Shown here one piece after another: positions 1 to 12,265 of a stretch of 64,000 bases of DNA. The translations under genes and the position numbers were made by a program. The notes under the pieces are model-generated. The model worked only from the letters and a program-made list of their open reading frames with translations, was not told where the DNA came from and did not search any database. Position 1 is the stretch's first letter, and each line of letters opens with the position of its first letter. The stretch comes from Squalus acanthias (Eukaryota), in NCBI GenBank assembly GCA_030390025.1, contig CM059432.1, positions 51,462,001 to 51,526,000 of the forward strand, written 5' to 3'.

Positions 1-1537
1 GAAAGCCGTGATTGAATCTGCCTCCACCACCCTTTCAGGCAGTGCATTCCAGATCATAACCACTCGCTGCGTAAATTTTTTTTTTTCTTACGTCGCCTTT
101 GGTTCTTTTGCCAATCACCTTAAATCTGTGCCCTCTGGTTCTCGACCCTTCTGTCAATGGGAACAGTTTCCCTCTATCTACTCTGTCCAGACACCTCATG
201 ATTTTGAACAACTTCTATCAAATCTCCTCTCAATCTTCTCTGCTCTAAGGAGAACAACCCCAGTTTCTCCAGTCTATCTACATAACTGAGGTCCCTCGTT
301 CCTGGAATCATTCTCGTAAATCTTTTCTGCACTCTCTCTAAGGCCTTCACATACTTCCTAAACTGTGGTGCCCAGAATTGGACACAGTACTCCAGTTGTG
401 GCCGAACCAGTGTTTTATACAGGTTCATCATAATTTCCACACTTTTGTACTCTATACCTCTATTTATGAAGCCCAGGATTCCGTAAGCCTTTTTAACTGC
501 TTTCTCAACCTGCCCTGCCACCTTCAACGATTTGTGCACACATACCCCTAGGTCTCTCTATTCGCGCACCCCCTTCAGGATTGTACCATTTAGTTAATAT
601 GTCCTCTCCTCATTCTTTCTATCAAAATGTATCACTTCACACTTTTCTGCATTAAATTTAATCTGCCATGTGTCCACCCATGTCTTCCTGAAGTCTATCA
701 CTCTCCTCCTCACTGTTCACTATACTTCCAAGTTTTGTGTCATCTGCAAATTTTGAAATTGTGCCCTGTACACCCATGTCCAAGTCATTAATATATATCA
801 AGAAAAGCAGTGGTCCTAGAACCGACCCCTGGGGAACACCACTGTATACCGTCCTCCAGTCCGAAAAACAACTGTTCACCACTACTCTCTGTTTCCTATC
901 ACTTAGCCAATTCCGTATCCATGCTGCCACTGTCCCTTTTATTCCATGGGCTTCAACTTTGCTGGCAAGCCTATTATGTGGCACTTTGTCGAACGCCTTT
1001 TGGAAATCCCCGTACACTACATCAACTGCATTACCCTCATCAACCCTCTCTGTTACCTCATCAGAGAACTCAAAGAACTTAAACATGATTTGGCTTTAAC
1101 AAATCCATGCTGGCTTTCCTTAATTAATCCACACTTGTCCAAGTGACTGTTAATTTTGTCCCTGATTACTGTTTCTAAAAGCATCCCCACTACCGAGGTC
1201 AAAGTGACTGGCCTGTAGTTGCTGGGTTTATCTTTACATCCTTTTTTGAACAAGGGTGTAACATTTGCAATTCTCCAGTCTTCTGGCACCACCCCCATAT
1301 CTAAGGAAGATTGGAATATTATGGCCAGTACCTCCGCGATTTCCTCCCTCAATTCCCTCAGTATCCTAGGATGCATCCCATCTGCTCCTGGTGATTTATC
1401 TACTTTAAGGACAGCCAGCCTTTCTAAAACCTCATCTTTATCAATTTTTATCCTATCAAGAATCTGCACTACCTCCTCCTTTACTATGTCTATCCTCTTC
1501 CTTGATGAAGACAGATGAAAAGTACTCATTTAGCACC
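1..1537 (-). mobile_element. CR1 LINE (copy A), RT and C-terminal part of ORF2, decayed; runs off window start
   Basis: Minus ORFs 174-539, 658-1086 and 1053-1529 carry CR1 motifs [35 protein letters not shown] and [11 protein letters not shown]; frameshifted. Confidence 0.95.
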
Positions 1538-2161
1538 GACATGACAACATAAGAAATCAGAGCAGGAGTAGGTTATTCAGCCCCTCGAGCCTGCTCTGCC
1601 ATTCAATAAGATCATGGCTGATCTGATCTTGGACTCAACTCTGCTTTCCTGCCCGTTCCCCATAACCCTTGATTCCCCTGTTTTTCAAAAGTCTGTCTAT
1701 CTCCGTCTTGAATATATTCAATGACGCAGCCTCCACAGCTCTCTGGGGCAGAGAATTCCAAAGATTCACGACCCTCTGAGAGAAGAAACTCCTCCTCATC
1801 TCTGTTTTAAATGGGCGACCCCTTATTCTGAAACTATGCCCCCTAGTTCTAGATTCCCCCATGAGGGGAAACATCCTCCCTGCATCTACCCTGTCAAGCC
1901 CCATCAGAATCTTATTTGTTTCAATAAGATCACTTCTCATTCTTCTAAACTCCAATGAGTATAGGCCCAACCTGCTCAACCTTTCCCCATAAGAGAACCC
2001 TTTCAACTCAGGAATCAACTTAGTGAACCTTCTCTGAACTGCCTCCAATGCAAGTATATCCTTCCTTAAATAAGGAGACCAAAACTGTACGCAGTACTCC
2101 AGGTGTGGTCTCACCAACACCCTGTACAGTTGTAGCAAGACTTCCCTACTTTTATACTCCA

Positions 2162-5100
2162 GACCCACGGCAATGTGGTTGACTCTTAACTGCCCTCTGA
2201 AATGGCCTAGCAACCCAATCAGTTGTAAAAACCGCTACGAAACAAAATAATAAGAATGAAACCGGACGGGCCACCCGGCATCGACCTCGGCACCGGCTAC
2301 AGACACGGCAATGGCACACCCAGCCCAGTCAACCCTGCAAAGTCCTCCTCACCAACATCTGGGGACGAGTGCCAAAATTGGGAGAGCTGACCCACAGACT
2401 AGTCAAGCAACAGCCTGACATAGTCATACTCACAGAATCATACCTTTCAGCCAATGTCCCAAATTCCTCCATCACCATCCCTGGGTCTGTCCTGTCCCAC
2501 CGGCAGGACAGACCCACCAGGGGTGGCAGCACAGTGGTATACAGTCAGGAAGGAGTGGCCCTGGGAGTCCTCAACATTGACTCCAGACCCCATGAAGTCT
2601 CATGGCTTCAGGTCAAGCATAGGCAAGGAAACCTCCTGTTGATTACCACCTACCGATGTCCCTCAGCTGATGAATCAGTACTCCTCCATGTTGAACACCA
2701 ATTGGAAGAAGCACTGAGAGTAGCAAGGGCACAGAATGTACTCTGGGTGGGGGACTTCAATGTCCATCACCAAGAGTGGCTCGGTAGGACATAGCTGCCA
2801 GTCTGGGCCTGCGACAGGTGGTGAGAGAACCAACACGAGGGAAAAACCTACTTGGCCTCGTCCTCACCAATCTACCTTTCGCAGATGCATCTGTCCCTGA
2901 CAGTATTGATAGCAGTGACCACCGTACAGTCATTGTGGAGACGAAGTCCCATCTCCACACTGAGGACACCCTCCATCGTGTTGTGTGGCACTACCACCGT
3001 GCTAAATGCGATAGATTCAGAACAGATCTAGCAGCTCAAGACTGGGCATCCATGACGCGCTGTGGGCCATCAGAAGCAGCAGAATTGTATTCCACCATAA
3101 TCTGTAACCTCATGGCCCGGCATATCCCTCACTCTACCATTACCATCAAGCCAGGGGACCAATCCTGGTTCAATAAGGAGTGTAGAAGAGCATGCCGGGA
3201 GCAGCACCAGGTGTACCTAAAAATGAGGTGCCAACCTCGGGAAGCTGCAACACAGGACTACATGCATGCTAAAAAGCGGAAGCAGCATGCTATAGACAGG
3301 GCTAAGCGATCCCACAACCAACGGATCAGATCAAAGCTCTGCAGTCATAGAAACATAGAATCTAGGAGCAGGAGTAGGCCATTCGGCCCGTCGAGCCTGC
3401 TCCACCATTCAATACGATCATGGCTGATCATCCAAATCCAGTACCCTGTCCCTGCTTTAATCCCCACAGTACACATATCCCACCCTACCCCCGTAACCCC
3501 ACGTATTTAATTCCCCCTAACATATCCCATCCTATCCCCATAACCCCACATATTTAATCCCCCCCTAACACTAAGGGTCAATTTATCATAGCCAAATCAA
3601 CCTAACCCGCACATTTTTGGACTGTGGGAGGAAACCAGAGCACCCGGAGGAAACCCACGCAGACACGGGGAGAATGTGCAAACTCCACACAGACAGTCAC
3701 CCGAGGTCAGATTCGAACCCGGGTCCCTGGCGCTGTGAGGCACCAGTGCTAACCACTATGCTACCGTGTTGCCCACATCCAGTCGTGAATGATGGTGGAC
3801 CATTAAACAACTAACGGGAGGAGGAGGCTCCATGAATATCCCCATCCTCAATGATGGTGGAGCCCAGCATGTGAGTGCAAAAGACAAGGCTGAAGCATTT
3901 GCAACCATCTTCAACCAGAAGTGCTGGGTGGATGATCCATATCAGCCTCCTCCTGTGGTCCTCACCATCACAGAAGCCAGTCTTCAGCCAATTCGATTCA
4001 CTCCACATGATATCAAGAAGCGGCTGAGCACACTGGATACAGCAAAGGCTATGGGCCCTGACAACATCCCGGCTATTGTGCTGAAGACTTGTGCTCCAGA
4101 ACTAGCCGCACCTCTAGCCAAGCTGTTCCAGTACAGCTACAACACTGGCATCTATCCACCAATGTGGAAAACTGCCCAGGTATGTCCTGTCCACAAAAAG
4201 CAGGTCAAATCCAATGCGGACAATTACCGCCCCATCAGTCTACTCTCAATCATCAGCAAAGTGATGGAAGGTGTCATCGACAGTGCTATCAAGTGGCACT
4301 TACTCACCAATAACCTGCTCACTGATGCCCAGTTTGGGTTCCGCCAAAACTACTTGGCTCCCAACCTCATTACAGTCTTGGTCCAAAGATGGACAAAGGA
4401 GCTGAATTCCAGAGGTGAGGTGAGAGTGACTGCCCTTGACATCAATGCAGCATTTGACCGAGTTTGGCATGAAGGAGCCCTAGTAAAACTGAAGTCAATG
4501 GGAATCGGGGGGAAAACTCTCCACTGGCTAGAGTCATACCTAGCACAAAGGAAGATTGTTGTGGTGATTGAAGGTCAATCATCACAGCCCCAGGACATAG
4601 CTGCAGAAGTTCCTCAGGGCCGTGTCCTAGGCCCAACCATCTTCAGTTGCTTCATCAATGACCTTCCCTCCAACATAAGGTCAGAAATGGGGATGTTCGC
4701 TGATGACTGCACAGTGTTCATTGCCATTCACAACTCCTCAGATAATGAAGCAGTCCATGCCCGCATGCAATGAGACCTGGACGATGTTCAGACTTGGGCT
4801 GATAAGTGGCAGGTAACGTTCACGCCACAGAAGTGCCAGGCAATGACTATCTCCAACAAGCCAGAATCTAACCACCGCCCCTTGACATTCAATGGCATTA
4901 CCATCGCCGAATCCCCCACCATCAACATCCCGGGGGTCACCATTGACCAGAAACTTAACTGGACCAGCCACATAAATACTGTGGCAACAAGAGCAGGTCA
5001 GAGGATAGGTATTCTGCGGCAAGTGTCTCACCTCCTGACTCCCCAAAGCCTTTCTACCATCTAGTAAAGAGTGTGATGGAATACTCTCCACTTGCCTGGA

Positions 5101-5592
5101 TGAATGCAGCTCCAACAACACTCAAGAAGCTCGACACCATCCATGACAAAGCAGCCCGCTTGATTGGCACCCCATCCACCACCTTAAACATTCACTCCCT
5201 CCACCACCGGCGTACCGTGGCTGCAGTGTGTACCATCTACAAGATGCACTGCAGCAACTCACCAAGGCTTCTTCGGCAGCACCTCCCAAACCCCCGATCT
5301 CTTCCACCTAGAAGGACAAGGGCAGCAGACGCATGGGAACACCAGCACCTCCAAGGTCCCCTCCAAGTCACACACCATCCTGACTTAGAAGTATATCGCC
5401 GATCCTTCATCGTTGCCGAGTCAAAATCCTGGAGCTCCCTACCTAACAGCACTGTGGGAGTACCTTCACCACACGGATGCAGCGGTTCAAGAAGGCATCT
5501 CACCACCACCTTCTGAAGGGCAATTAGGGATGAGCAATAAATGCTGGCCTTGCCAGTGATGCCCACATCCCATCAATGAATAAAAAAATAAA
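2162..5592 (+). mobile_element. Near full-length second LINE family (APE+RT; CR1-group, possibly Zenon-like, clade uncertain), inactivated
   Basis: APE motifs PDIVILTES, GDFNVHH and SDH; RT motifs KAMGPD, NYRPISLL, PQG and FADD; C-terminal MEYSPLAW. A-rich tail atgaataaaaaaataaa. ATACTCCA duplicated at 2154-2161 and 5593-5600. Confidence 0.9.
3346..3774 (-). mobile_element. tRNA-derived SINE, HE1/V-SINE type, with CR1-derived 3' tail
   Basis: Minus-strand A box TAGCATAGTGG and B box GGTTCGAATC; V-domain-like gtctgtgtggagtttgcacattctccccgtgtctgcgtgggtttcctccgggtgc; CR1-like tail ending (TTCTATG)n; internal ~47-bp tandem duplication at ~3474-3569. Confidence 0.85.
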
Positions 5593-5672
5593 ATACTCCA
5601 TCCCCCTTGCAATAAAGGCCAATATTCCATTTGCCTTCCTAATTACTTGCTGTACCTGCATGCTAACTCTAT

Positions 5673-6498
5673 GGGCTGGATTTTGTCAATGGGAAGCTTT
5701 TGGAGGCGGGACTGCTGCTTGCCAGCTTTCAATCCCACCTCCATCAGCTTCTGGCCAACCAGTGGGATTTTTTTCCTGATTGACCTTGTTAACCCCGCCC
5801 AGTGGGCTCAGCAGGCCAATTAGGGGGAAGACAGTGACAGAGCACGTCAACGTCTGATGTGCCATCTGTCAAGATTTCTTGAAAGAAGAAATGTCAGCGT
5901 TTGACAGCTCTGTGAAGCTGTCAAACACTGACATTCTGTGTAGTTTGATGAGTCCTTGTGTTCAGGACTCATCAAATCTTTCAACTTTGCAGAAATCACC
6001 TGGCTGTTGGTTCGGAGGATCCAACAGCCAGTCTGTGAAATCTACAATGAAGATGTCAGGACTCTGGATCCACAGCGGCTGAAGGCTGTAGGCAGAAACA
6101 AAGGTAAGTGAACATTTTATAACACTTAACACTCACATTACATACCTACCACTCCAGATTTGCACCCATCACTCACCTCTACATCTCACTTTCAGACCCC
6201 TCCGATCCCCGCAGACCTCCTTCTCATCTCCTACACCCTGGCGGGGTTCTCTGAGGTCAGGAAGCCTGCACTTCGGAGATAAAAATGGGGCTAATCCTAT
6301 TTTCTGCCTGTTAACTACCTGTTAACAGGCAGTTAATAGGCTTTAATCCATTTCCCGCCTCGAGGAGACGGGACCAAGGGCAGGATGGCTTCCCACCTCC
6401 TGGCAAGAGGGCATGGAGGCGGTTGGTGGCGGGTTTGCCACCCGCCCCCAAATCCTGCAACTTTACCGGCAGTCCCGCCTCCTCGGGGCTGACAAAAT
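5673..6498. mobile_element. Harbinger-type MITE, right TIR truncated
   Basis: Left end gggctggattttgtca, right end tgacaaaat; interrupts CR1 copy B, which rejoins across it. Confidence 0.65.
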
Positions 6499-7306
6499 GT
6501 GTTTCATGTATGAGGACACCCAGATCCCTCTGTACCACAGCATTCTGTAGTCTCTCTCCATTTAAATAATATTTTGCTTTTTTATTCTTCCTACCAAAGT
6601 GGATAACCTCACATATTCCCACGTTATACTCCATCTGCCAAATTTTTGCCCACTCACTTAATCTATCTATATCCCTTTGCAGACTCTCTGCTTTCCCACC
6701 TATCTTTGTATTGTCAGCTAATTTGGCAATAGTACACTCGGTCCCTTCGTCCAAGTCATTAATATAGATTGTAAATAGTTGAGGCCCCAGCACTAATCCC
6801 TGTGGCACCCCACTAGTTACAATTTGCCAACCTGAAAATGACTAATTTATTCCGACTCTCTGTTTTCTGTTAGTTAGCCTATCCAATCTAATATATTGCC
6901 CCCAACATCGTGAGCTCTTATCTTGTGCAGTAACCTTTTATGTTGCACCTTATCGAATGCCTTCTGGAAATCCAAATACACTACATCTACTGGTTCCCCT
7001 TTATCCACCCTGCTCGTTACATCCTCAAAGAACTCTAGTAAATTTGTCAAACACGATTTCCCTTTCATAAAACCATGTTGACTCTGCTTGATTGTATTAT
7101 GATTTTCTAAATGTTCTGCTATTACTTCCTTAATAATGGATTCCAGCATTTTCCCAATGACAGATGTTAGGCTAACTGGCCTATAGTTTCCTGATTTCTG
7201 TCTCCCTCCTTTCTTGAATAGGGGAGTTACATTTGTGGTTTTCCAATCTGCTGGGACCTCTCCAGAATCCAGGGAATTTTGGTAGATTACAACCAATGCA
7301 TCTATT

Positions 7307-8046
7307 GGGCCAAAAATTCATCCCGCTGCGCGAGAGTACGCACTGCGTACTCTCGCGTATTCTCTCTCCAATTGCCGGTTTTCTGCATGCCCTGCGCATG
7401 CACTGAAAACTGGCACTTGGTCTTTTGAAAAGGGGGCGGTTCCTCGGTGCATCGCGTGCGCGCTACAGGCTGCGCGCACGCTGTGCACTTCGTGCTTTGG
7501 ACGCGCAGGTAAGGACGGAAGATTTTAGAAATGGAAAATGGAGGAGTAAGACCCACTTTTAACAAGGTAAGTAGTGAATTAAGTATTTTTTTGAATTTTT
7601 TTTAACAGCTATATCTTTTTTAGAGACTTTAAAGACAGGTAAGTTTATTTTTATAACTTTTTAAAAGATTAAATTTTTTCAAAAATTTAATTTTTTATTT
7701 AAAATGGTTAATTTATTTAACTATACTTATTTTATTAATGTGATGGTTTTTTTTTTATTTAATTGAGGTTTAGCTGTTATTTTGGGGGGGTGTAAGATTC
7801 ATAGATTTCACAGCACGCATGTAAAACTTATGAATGGAAGATGGTGTGCTGCCATTGGCTCTAACTGAGTCACGTGATCCCACAGCTCGCACGAATTCAC
7901 TACGCCGGTGGGATACGCAAGCACTGCCCAGCTGATGTCTGGAACATCAAGTTCGTGCGAGCTGGATCTGAAAAAGCCAATGCGGAGTGAGAGATCGCGG
8001 GGAAGCCTTACCCCTGCGGGAACAGAGCGAGATCAATTTCTGGGCC
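7307..8046. mobile_element. Harbinger-type MITE with CpG-rich ends and AT-rich core
   Basis: TIRs gggccaaaaatt/aatttctgggcc, flanks att/aat; inverted sister copy at 25558-26298. Confidence 0.85.
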
Positions 8047-8657
8047 AATATCTCTGCAGCCACTTCTTTTAAAATCCTAGGATGCAGGCCATCAGGTCCA
8101 GGGGAGTTGTCCACCTTTAGCCCCATTAGTTTGCCTAGTACTTTTTCTATAGTGATAGTGATTGTTTTAAGTTACTCCCTCCCTATAGCCCCTTGATTAT
8201 CAATTATTATTGGGATGCTTTTAGTGTCTTCTACCGTGAAGACCGATACAAAATATTTGTTCAAAGTCTCTGCCATTTCCCCATTTCCCATTATGAATTC
8301 CCCAATCTCATCTTCGAAGGGACCAACGTTTACTTTAGCTACTCTCTTCCTTTTTATATACCTGTAGAAGCTCTTACTGTCTGTTTTTATATGTTTTGCT
8401 AGTTTACTCTCATAATCTATCTTCTCCCTCGTTATTATTTTTTGTCATCCTTTGCTGCTTTCTAAAAATTTCCCAATCCTCTGGCCTACCACTAATCTTT
8501 GCAACATTGTATTCCTTTTCCTTCAATTTGATACAATCCTTAACTTCCTTAGTTAGCCACGGATGGTTCATCCTTCTCAGAGTCTTTCTTTCTCACTGGA
8601 ATAAACCTTTGCTGAGAGTTATGAAATATCTCCTTAAATGTCTGCCACTGCTTATCT

Positions 8658-9560
8658 ACCTCAGCCATACCCTCTGCCTCCATGCGTAGGTCTCCTTTTT
8701 GGTCCTTAATCGGCCCCACCCCTCCTCTTATTACCCTTTTACTATTTATATGCCTATAGAAGACTTTTGGATTACCTTTTATGTTGACTGCCATTCTATT
8801 CTCATAACCTCTCTTTGCCCCTCTTATTTTCTTTTTCTCTTCTCCTCTGACCTTTCTATATTCAGCCTGATTCTCAGATGTATTTGCAACCTGACATCTG
8901 TCATACGCGCTCTTTTTCTGCTTCACCATATTCTCTATCTCTTTCATCATCCAGGGAGCCCTGACTTTCGTTGCCCTGCCTTTCCCCCTAGTGGGAATGT
9001 ACCTCAACTGTACCTGAACTATTTCCTCTTTAAAGGCAGCCCATTGTTCCATTACAGTTTTGCCTGCCAATCTTTGATTCCAGTTTACCCGAGCCAGATC
9101 CGTTCTCATCCCACTGAAATTGGCCTTCCCCAGTTAAACATTTTTACTCTAGATTATTCCCTGTCCTTTTCCATAGCTAATCTAAACCTTTTGATACTAT
9201 GATCACTATTCCCATAAAGTTCACCTACTGACACTTGCTCCACTTGACCTATCTCATTCCCTAGAACCAGATCCAGCAATGCCTCATCCCTTGTCGGGCC
9301 GGAAACATACTGATCAAGAGACCTCTCCTGAACACACTTCAGAAATTTTTCCCCTTCTCTGCCCTTAACACTATTACAATCCCAGTCTATATTAGGATAG
9401 TTGAAGACCCCCATTATTAGTACTCTATAGTTCTCGCACCTCTATGTAATTGCTCTGCAAATTTGCTCCTCCATATCTTTCCTACTATTTGGTGGTGTAT
9501 AGAATATATCTAGTAGTGTAACGGCACCTCTATTATTTCTTAACTCTAACTATATAGATT
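8658..9560 (-). mobile_element. CR1 copy A continued (APE end and linker region)
   Basis: ORFs 9154-9414 (FNYPNIDW, LDLVLGN, SDH) and 8549-9109, whose ...EAEGMAEV continues as LNEYF at ~1537. Confidence 0.9.
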
Positions 9561-9562
9561 CT

Positions 9563-9890
9563 GATGTGGAGATGCCGGTGTTGGACTGGGGTGGACAAAT
9601 GTGAGAAGTCGCACAACACCAGGTTATAGTCCAACAGGTTTATTTGAAATCACAAGCTTTCGGAGCGCTGCTCCTTCGTCAGGTGAAGTGAAGAGATACA
9701 TATGGGCACATCATATATAGTCAGAGAACACAGCCAGATGATTACAGTTAATCTTTCCAACTGCCCTTTATCACATCTCGGCAGAGAGATAATCACGGCA
9801 ATCAAAGGTGTGGATGGTGTCCAAACAGGTCAGTCAGGAAAACATTACATCACCCACAGGAAGGGTCAGCCAGCTTGGTGTGCATTAATT
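9563..9890 (-). mobile_element. Penelope-like element terminal (pLTR) fragment
   Basis: gatgtggagatgccggtgttggactggggtggac...ccaacaggtttatt...gctttcggagcgctgctccttcgtcagg; second copy at 30853; contains a hammerhead core. Confidence 0.7.
9650..9686 (-). ncRNA. Minimal type I hammerhead ribozyme motif (Penelope-associated)
   Basis: Minus strand reads TCAC-CTGACGA-A-GGAGC-agc-GCTCC-GAAAGCTT-GTGA: core, stem II, stem I TCAC/GTGA and palindromic AGCT in place of stem III. Confidence 0.6.
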
Positions 9891-9949
9891 AAGTAACAAA
9901 CGCCACCGGGATATACGTCCATTCATTATAGGGCAGGAGGAACTGCAGG

Positions 9950-10600
9950 AGAGAGAAATACAATTTTTCATCAAGTGTAGCATTCCCACAGTATAGGAGC
10001 AGCACCAGGCATACATTAGAATGAGGTACCAACCTAGTGAAGTTACAACACAAGGATATGTACATGCTAAACAAACAAGCAGCAGGATACGGGCAGAGCT
10101 AAGCAGTGCCACAATCAATGGATCAGATCAAGGCCCTGTAGCCCTACTACATCCAGTTGAGAATGATGGTGGACAATCAAGCAACTTATGGAAGGAGGAG
10201 GCTTCATAAGTATCCCCATCCTCAACTATAGAGTAGAAGAGTCAAGACTCAAGTGTTTGCAAACGTCTTCAATAAAAAGCGCCAATTGGATGATCTCACT
10301 CGGCCCCCTCCAGAGGTCCCCGCCATCATAGTGCAGCCAATTTAGCTTACTCAACATGACATTAAGAAGTGGCTGAGTACACTGGACACAGCAATGGCTA
10401 TGGACCCTGACAACACCCCAGCTATGACACTGGCAGCTACCCAACTACGTGAAAAAAACTGCCCAGGTGTGCCCTATCCACAAAAAACAGGACAAATCTA
10501 ACCTGACAAATTATTGCCCCATCAGCTTCTTTCCCAATATCAGTAAAGTGATGGAAGGAGTCATCAACAGTGCCATCAAGCAACACCTACTTACCAACAG
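9950..10600 (+). mobile_element. Degraded fragment of the second LINE family
   Basis: Collinear with 3100-4310 (TAQVCPIHKKQDKSN..NYCPIS..ISKVMEGV). Confidence 0.8.
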
Positions 10601-10603
10601 AAG

Positions 10604-12112
10604 ACATTGTCACAATGTCCTGCGACATCATCCCACTCATGCTTGAGGTTTTTCTGCTCCATTCTCTCTGCAATCGTGGTCAGTGTGCTTGGAAGGCTTG
10701 TCAGTATATCACACATTCTCTGCTGCTCCTCAATGATTCTCCTTTTCATCGACAGCCCCCGAGGTACAGCATCTATGTCCAGCTGAGCAGAGCTTGGAGA
10801 GAGCTGCGCCCTCCAATGAGGACTGCCCTGCCACCACCATCTGCTCTTGCTCACTTGTGAAATGTGAGTCACCAGATGAAAACCCAACTATCTGTCTAAC
10901 TAGTCCCACCGAAGTGCGCATCTCTGAACTGGTGCATGGTAAGCATGAGTCCTGTGACGGTGCACCCTCAGAAGGAATCAGGACCCTGAGGTCCATGGAC
11001 TCCTGCTGCATGCGTGAAGGCCCTGGTGGAGAGAAAAGATATAAATTAGTACTGGCAAGGTGAAAATGTTGCAACTTACCATTATGAAGATGATCATATT
11101 TCACTCACTGTTGAAAACAAGTCAACATGACTGAGTGTTTTCTGACAGCTGGGTCACTGATATTTAATTGTGTCACCAGGTAGCTGGGAGGTCCCCATCT
11201 CTGATGGCCAGGGATGCCAAAACACTGCTGATCTCCAGCACTTCCTCCTCTGCAGTTGTTAGCTGGGAAATCTGTGGAAGCCCACCTCCGGTTCTCTCCC
11301 TCTCCCTGGTGTTCTGTGCTCTCTTCTCCCGCAATGGGAGGAGAACAGACCTCTGAGGGAGTGTAATGGCATGTTTTCACCCGATGGGTGAAGTCCATTT
11401 GGTTAGGGTAACTATCAAGAAGAGTCATGAAATTGTATAAGGATGATGGTGAGTGGCAGTGGTGGATAGATGGGGATGTGAGGAGGTGCATAGAAAGAGA
11501 AGGATGGGTGCGCATGCAAGGTAAGTGGGCGGGAGGAGTGATGTGATGGAGTAGGCTTGAGAAGGCAGAGTGAGGGGGTGGGGTGATGCACACAGCAGGC
11601 TGTAGGTGAATGTACAACTGGCTAGGTCATTAAAGCGCTTCCTGCACTGAATCCAGGAGCGTGGCACAGTGCTCCTGCCGCTGACTTGCTCGGCTACTTC
11701 CAGTCACGCTTTCTATGTGGCAGCAGCAGGTTTCTTCCTCCCATTGCTGGGGAAGAGTATCTCTCTCTGGCTCCTCACAGCCCCCAGCAGTACATCAAGG
11801 AAGGGGTCATTGAAGTGGGGTGCAGCCTTTGAGCGTCCTGAATCCATTGTCATGCCTTGGCTTCTCTTGCTTCCAACTCCAAACTCCTCCAAATTCCATC
11901 TATGGATTGGCCCTTTAAATACTGGAGTTGAGATCGCGTCTTGCGGATCCTCATCATGCCCACTACCGCGCAATCGACGCCAAACCCGGGAGTAAAATGC
12001 TAATGAGCTGGCTGTGTTAAAATGCCACTGACAGATGCGCTGAACTTACTTCCACACGATATCGGACCCTCCCCACCCCTACTCCCAACCCTCCTCCAAG
12101 TTAATATCAGGG
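10604..12112 (-). pseudogene. Harbinger element fragment carrying a decayed, intron-containing Myb/SANT-like accessory gene
   Basis: Exon 1 (~11620-11853) reads KAAPHFNDPFLDVLLGAVRSQREILFPSNGRK..*KAWLEVAEQVS..RSWIQCRKRFNDL. Exon 2 (~11180-11327) reads EKRAQNTRERERTGGG. In-frame stop present. Confidence 0.8.
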
Positions 12113-12265
12113 GTAACGGTTCAGGTCGATGACCTTTGATGAAAGGTCATCAAACTGAAATGGCTCTGTTTCTTTCTCCACAGATGCTGCCTGACCTGCT
12201 GAGTGTTTTCCAGCATTTTCTGTTTTTATTTCAGATTTCCAGCATCTGCGGTAGTTTGCTTTTGT
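12113..12265. repeat. Penelope-type short repeat (acagatgctgcctgacctgctgag family) with partial inversion
   Basis: Same family as 24864-25094 and 56010-56100. Confidence 0.7.

Larger units (their letters stand above)
1538..8657 (-). mobile_element. CR1 LINE (copy B) inserted into copy A; own pieces 1538-2161, 5593-5672, 6499-7306, 8047-8657
   Basis: 3' tail (acaacataagaa...gcaggagtagg) at ~1545. RT motifs in ORFs 1635-2213, 6311-6808 and 6874-7296. Pieces rejoin across three insertions. Confidence 0.9.

Noticed and set aside
737..1518. Antisense ORFs over CR1/L2 (also 38618-39046, 56977-57327)
   Set aside because: Shadow frames of RT-coding sequence.
3700..3774. tRNA gene (also 45779-45855)
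   Set aside because: A/B boxes continue into SINE bodies with LINE-derived tails; no complete cloverleaf evident.
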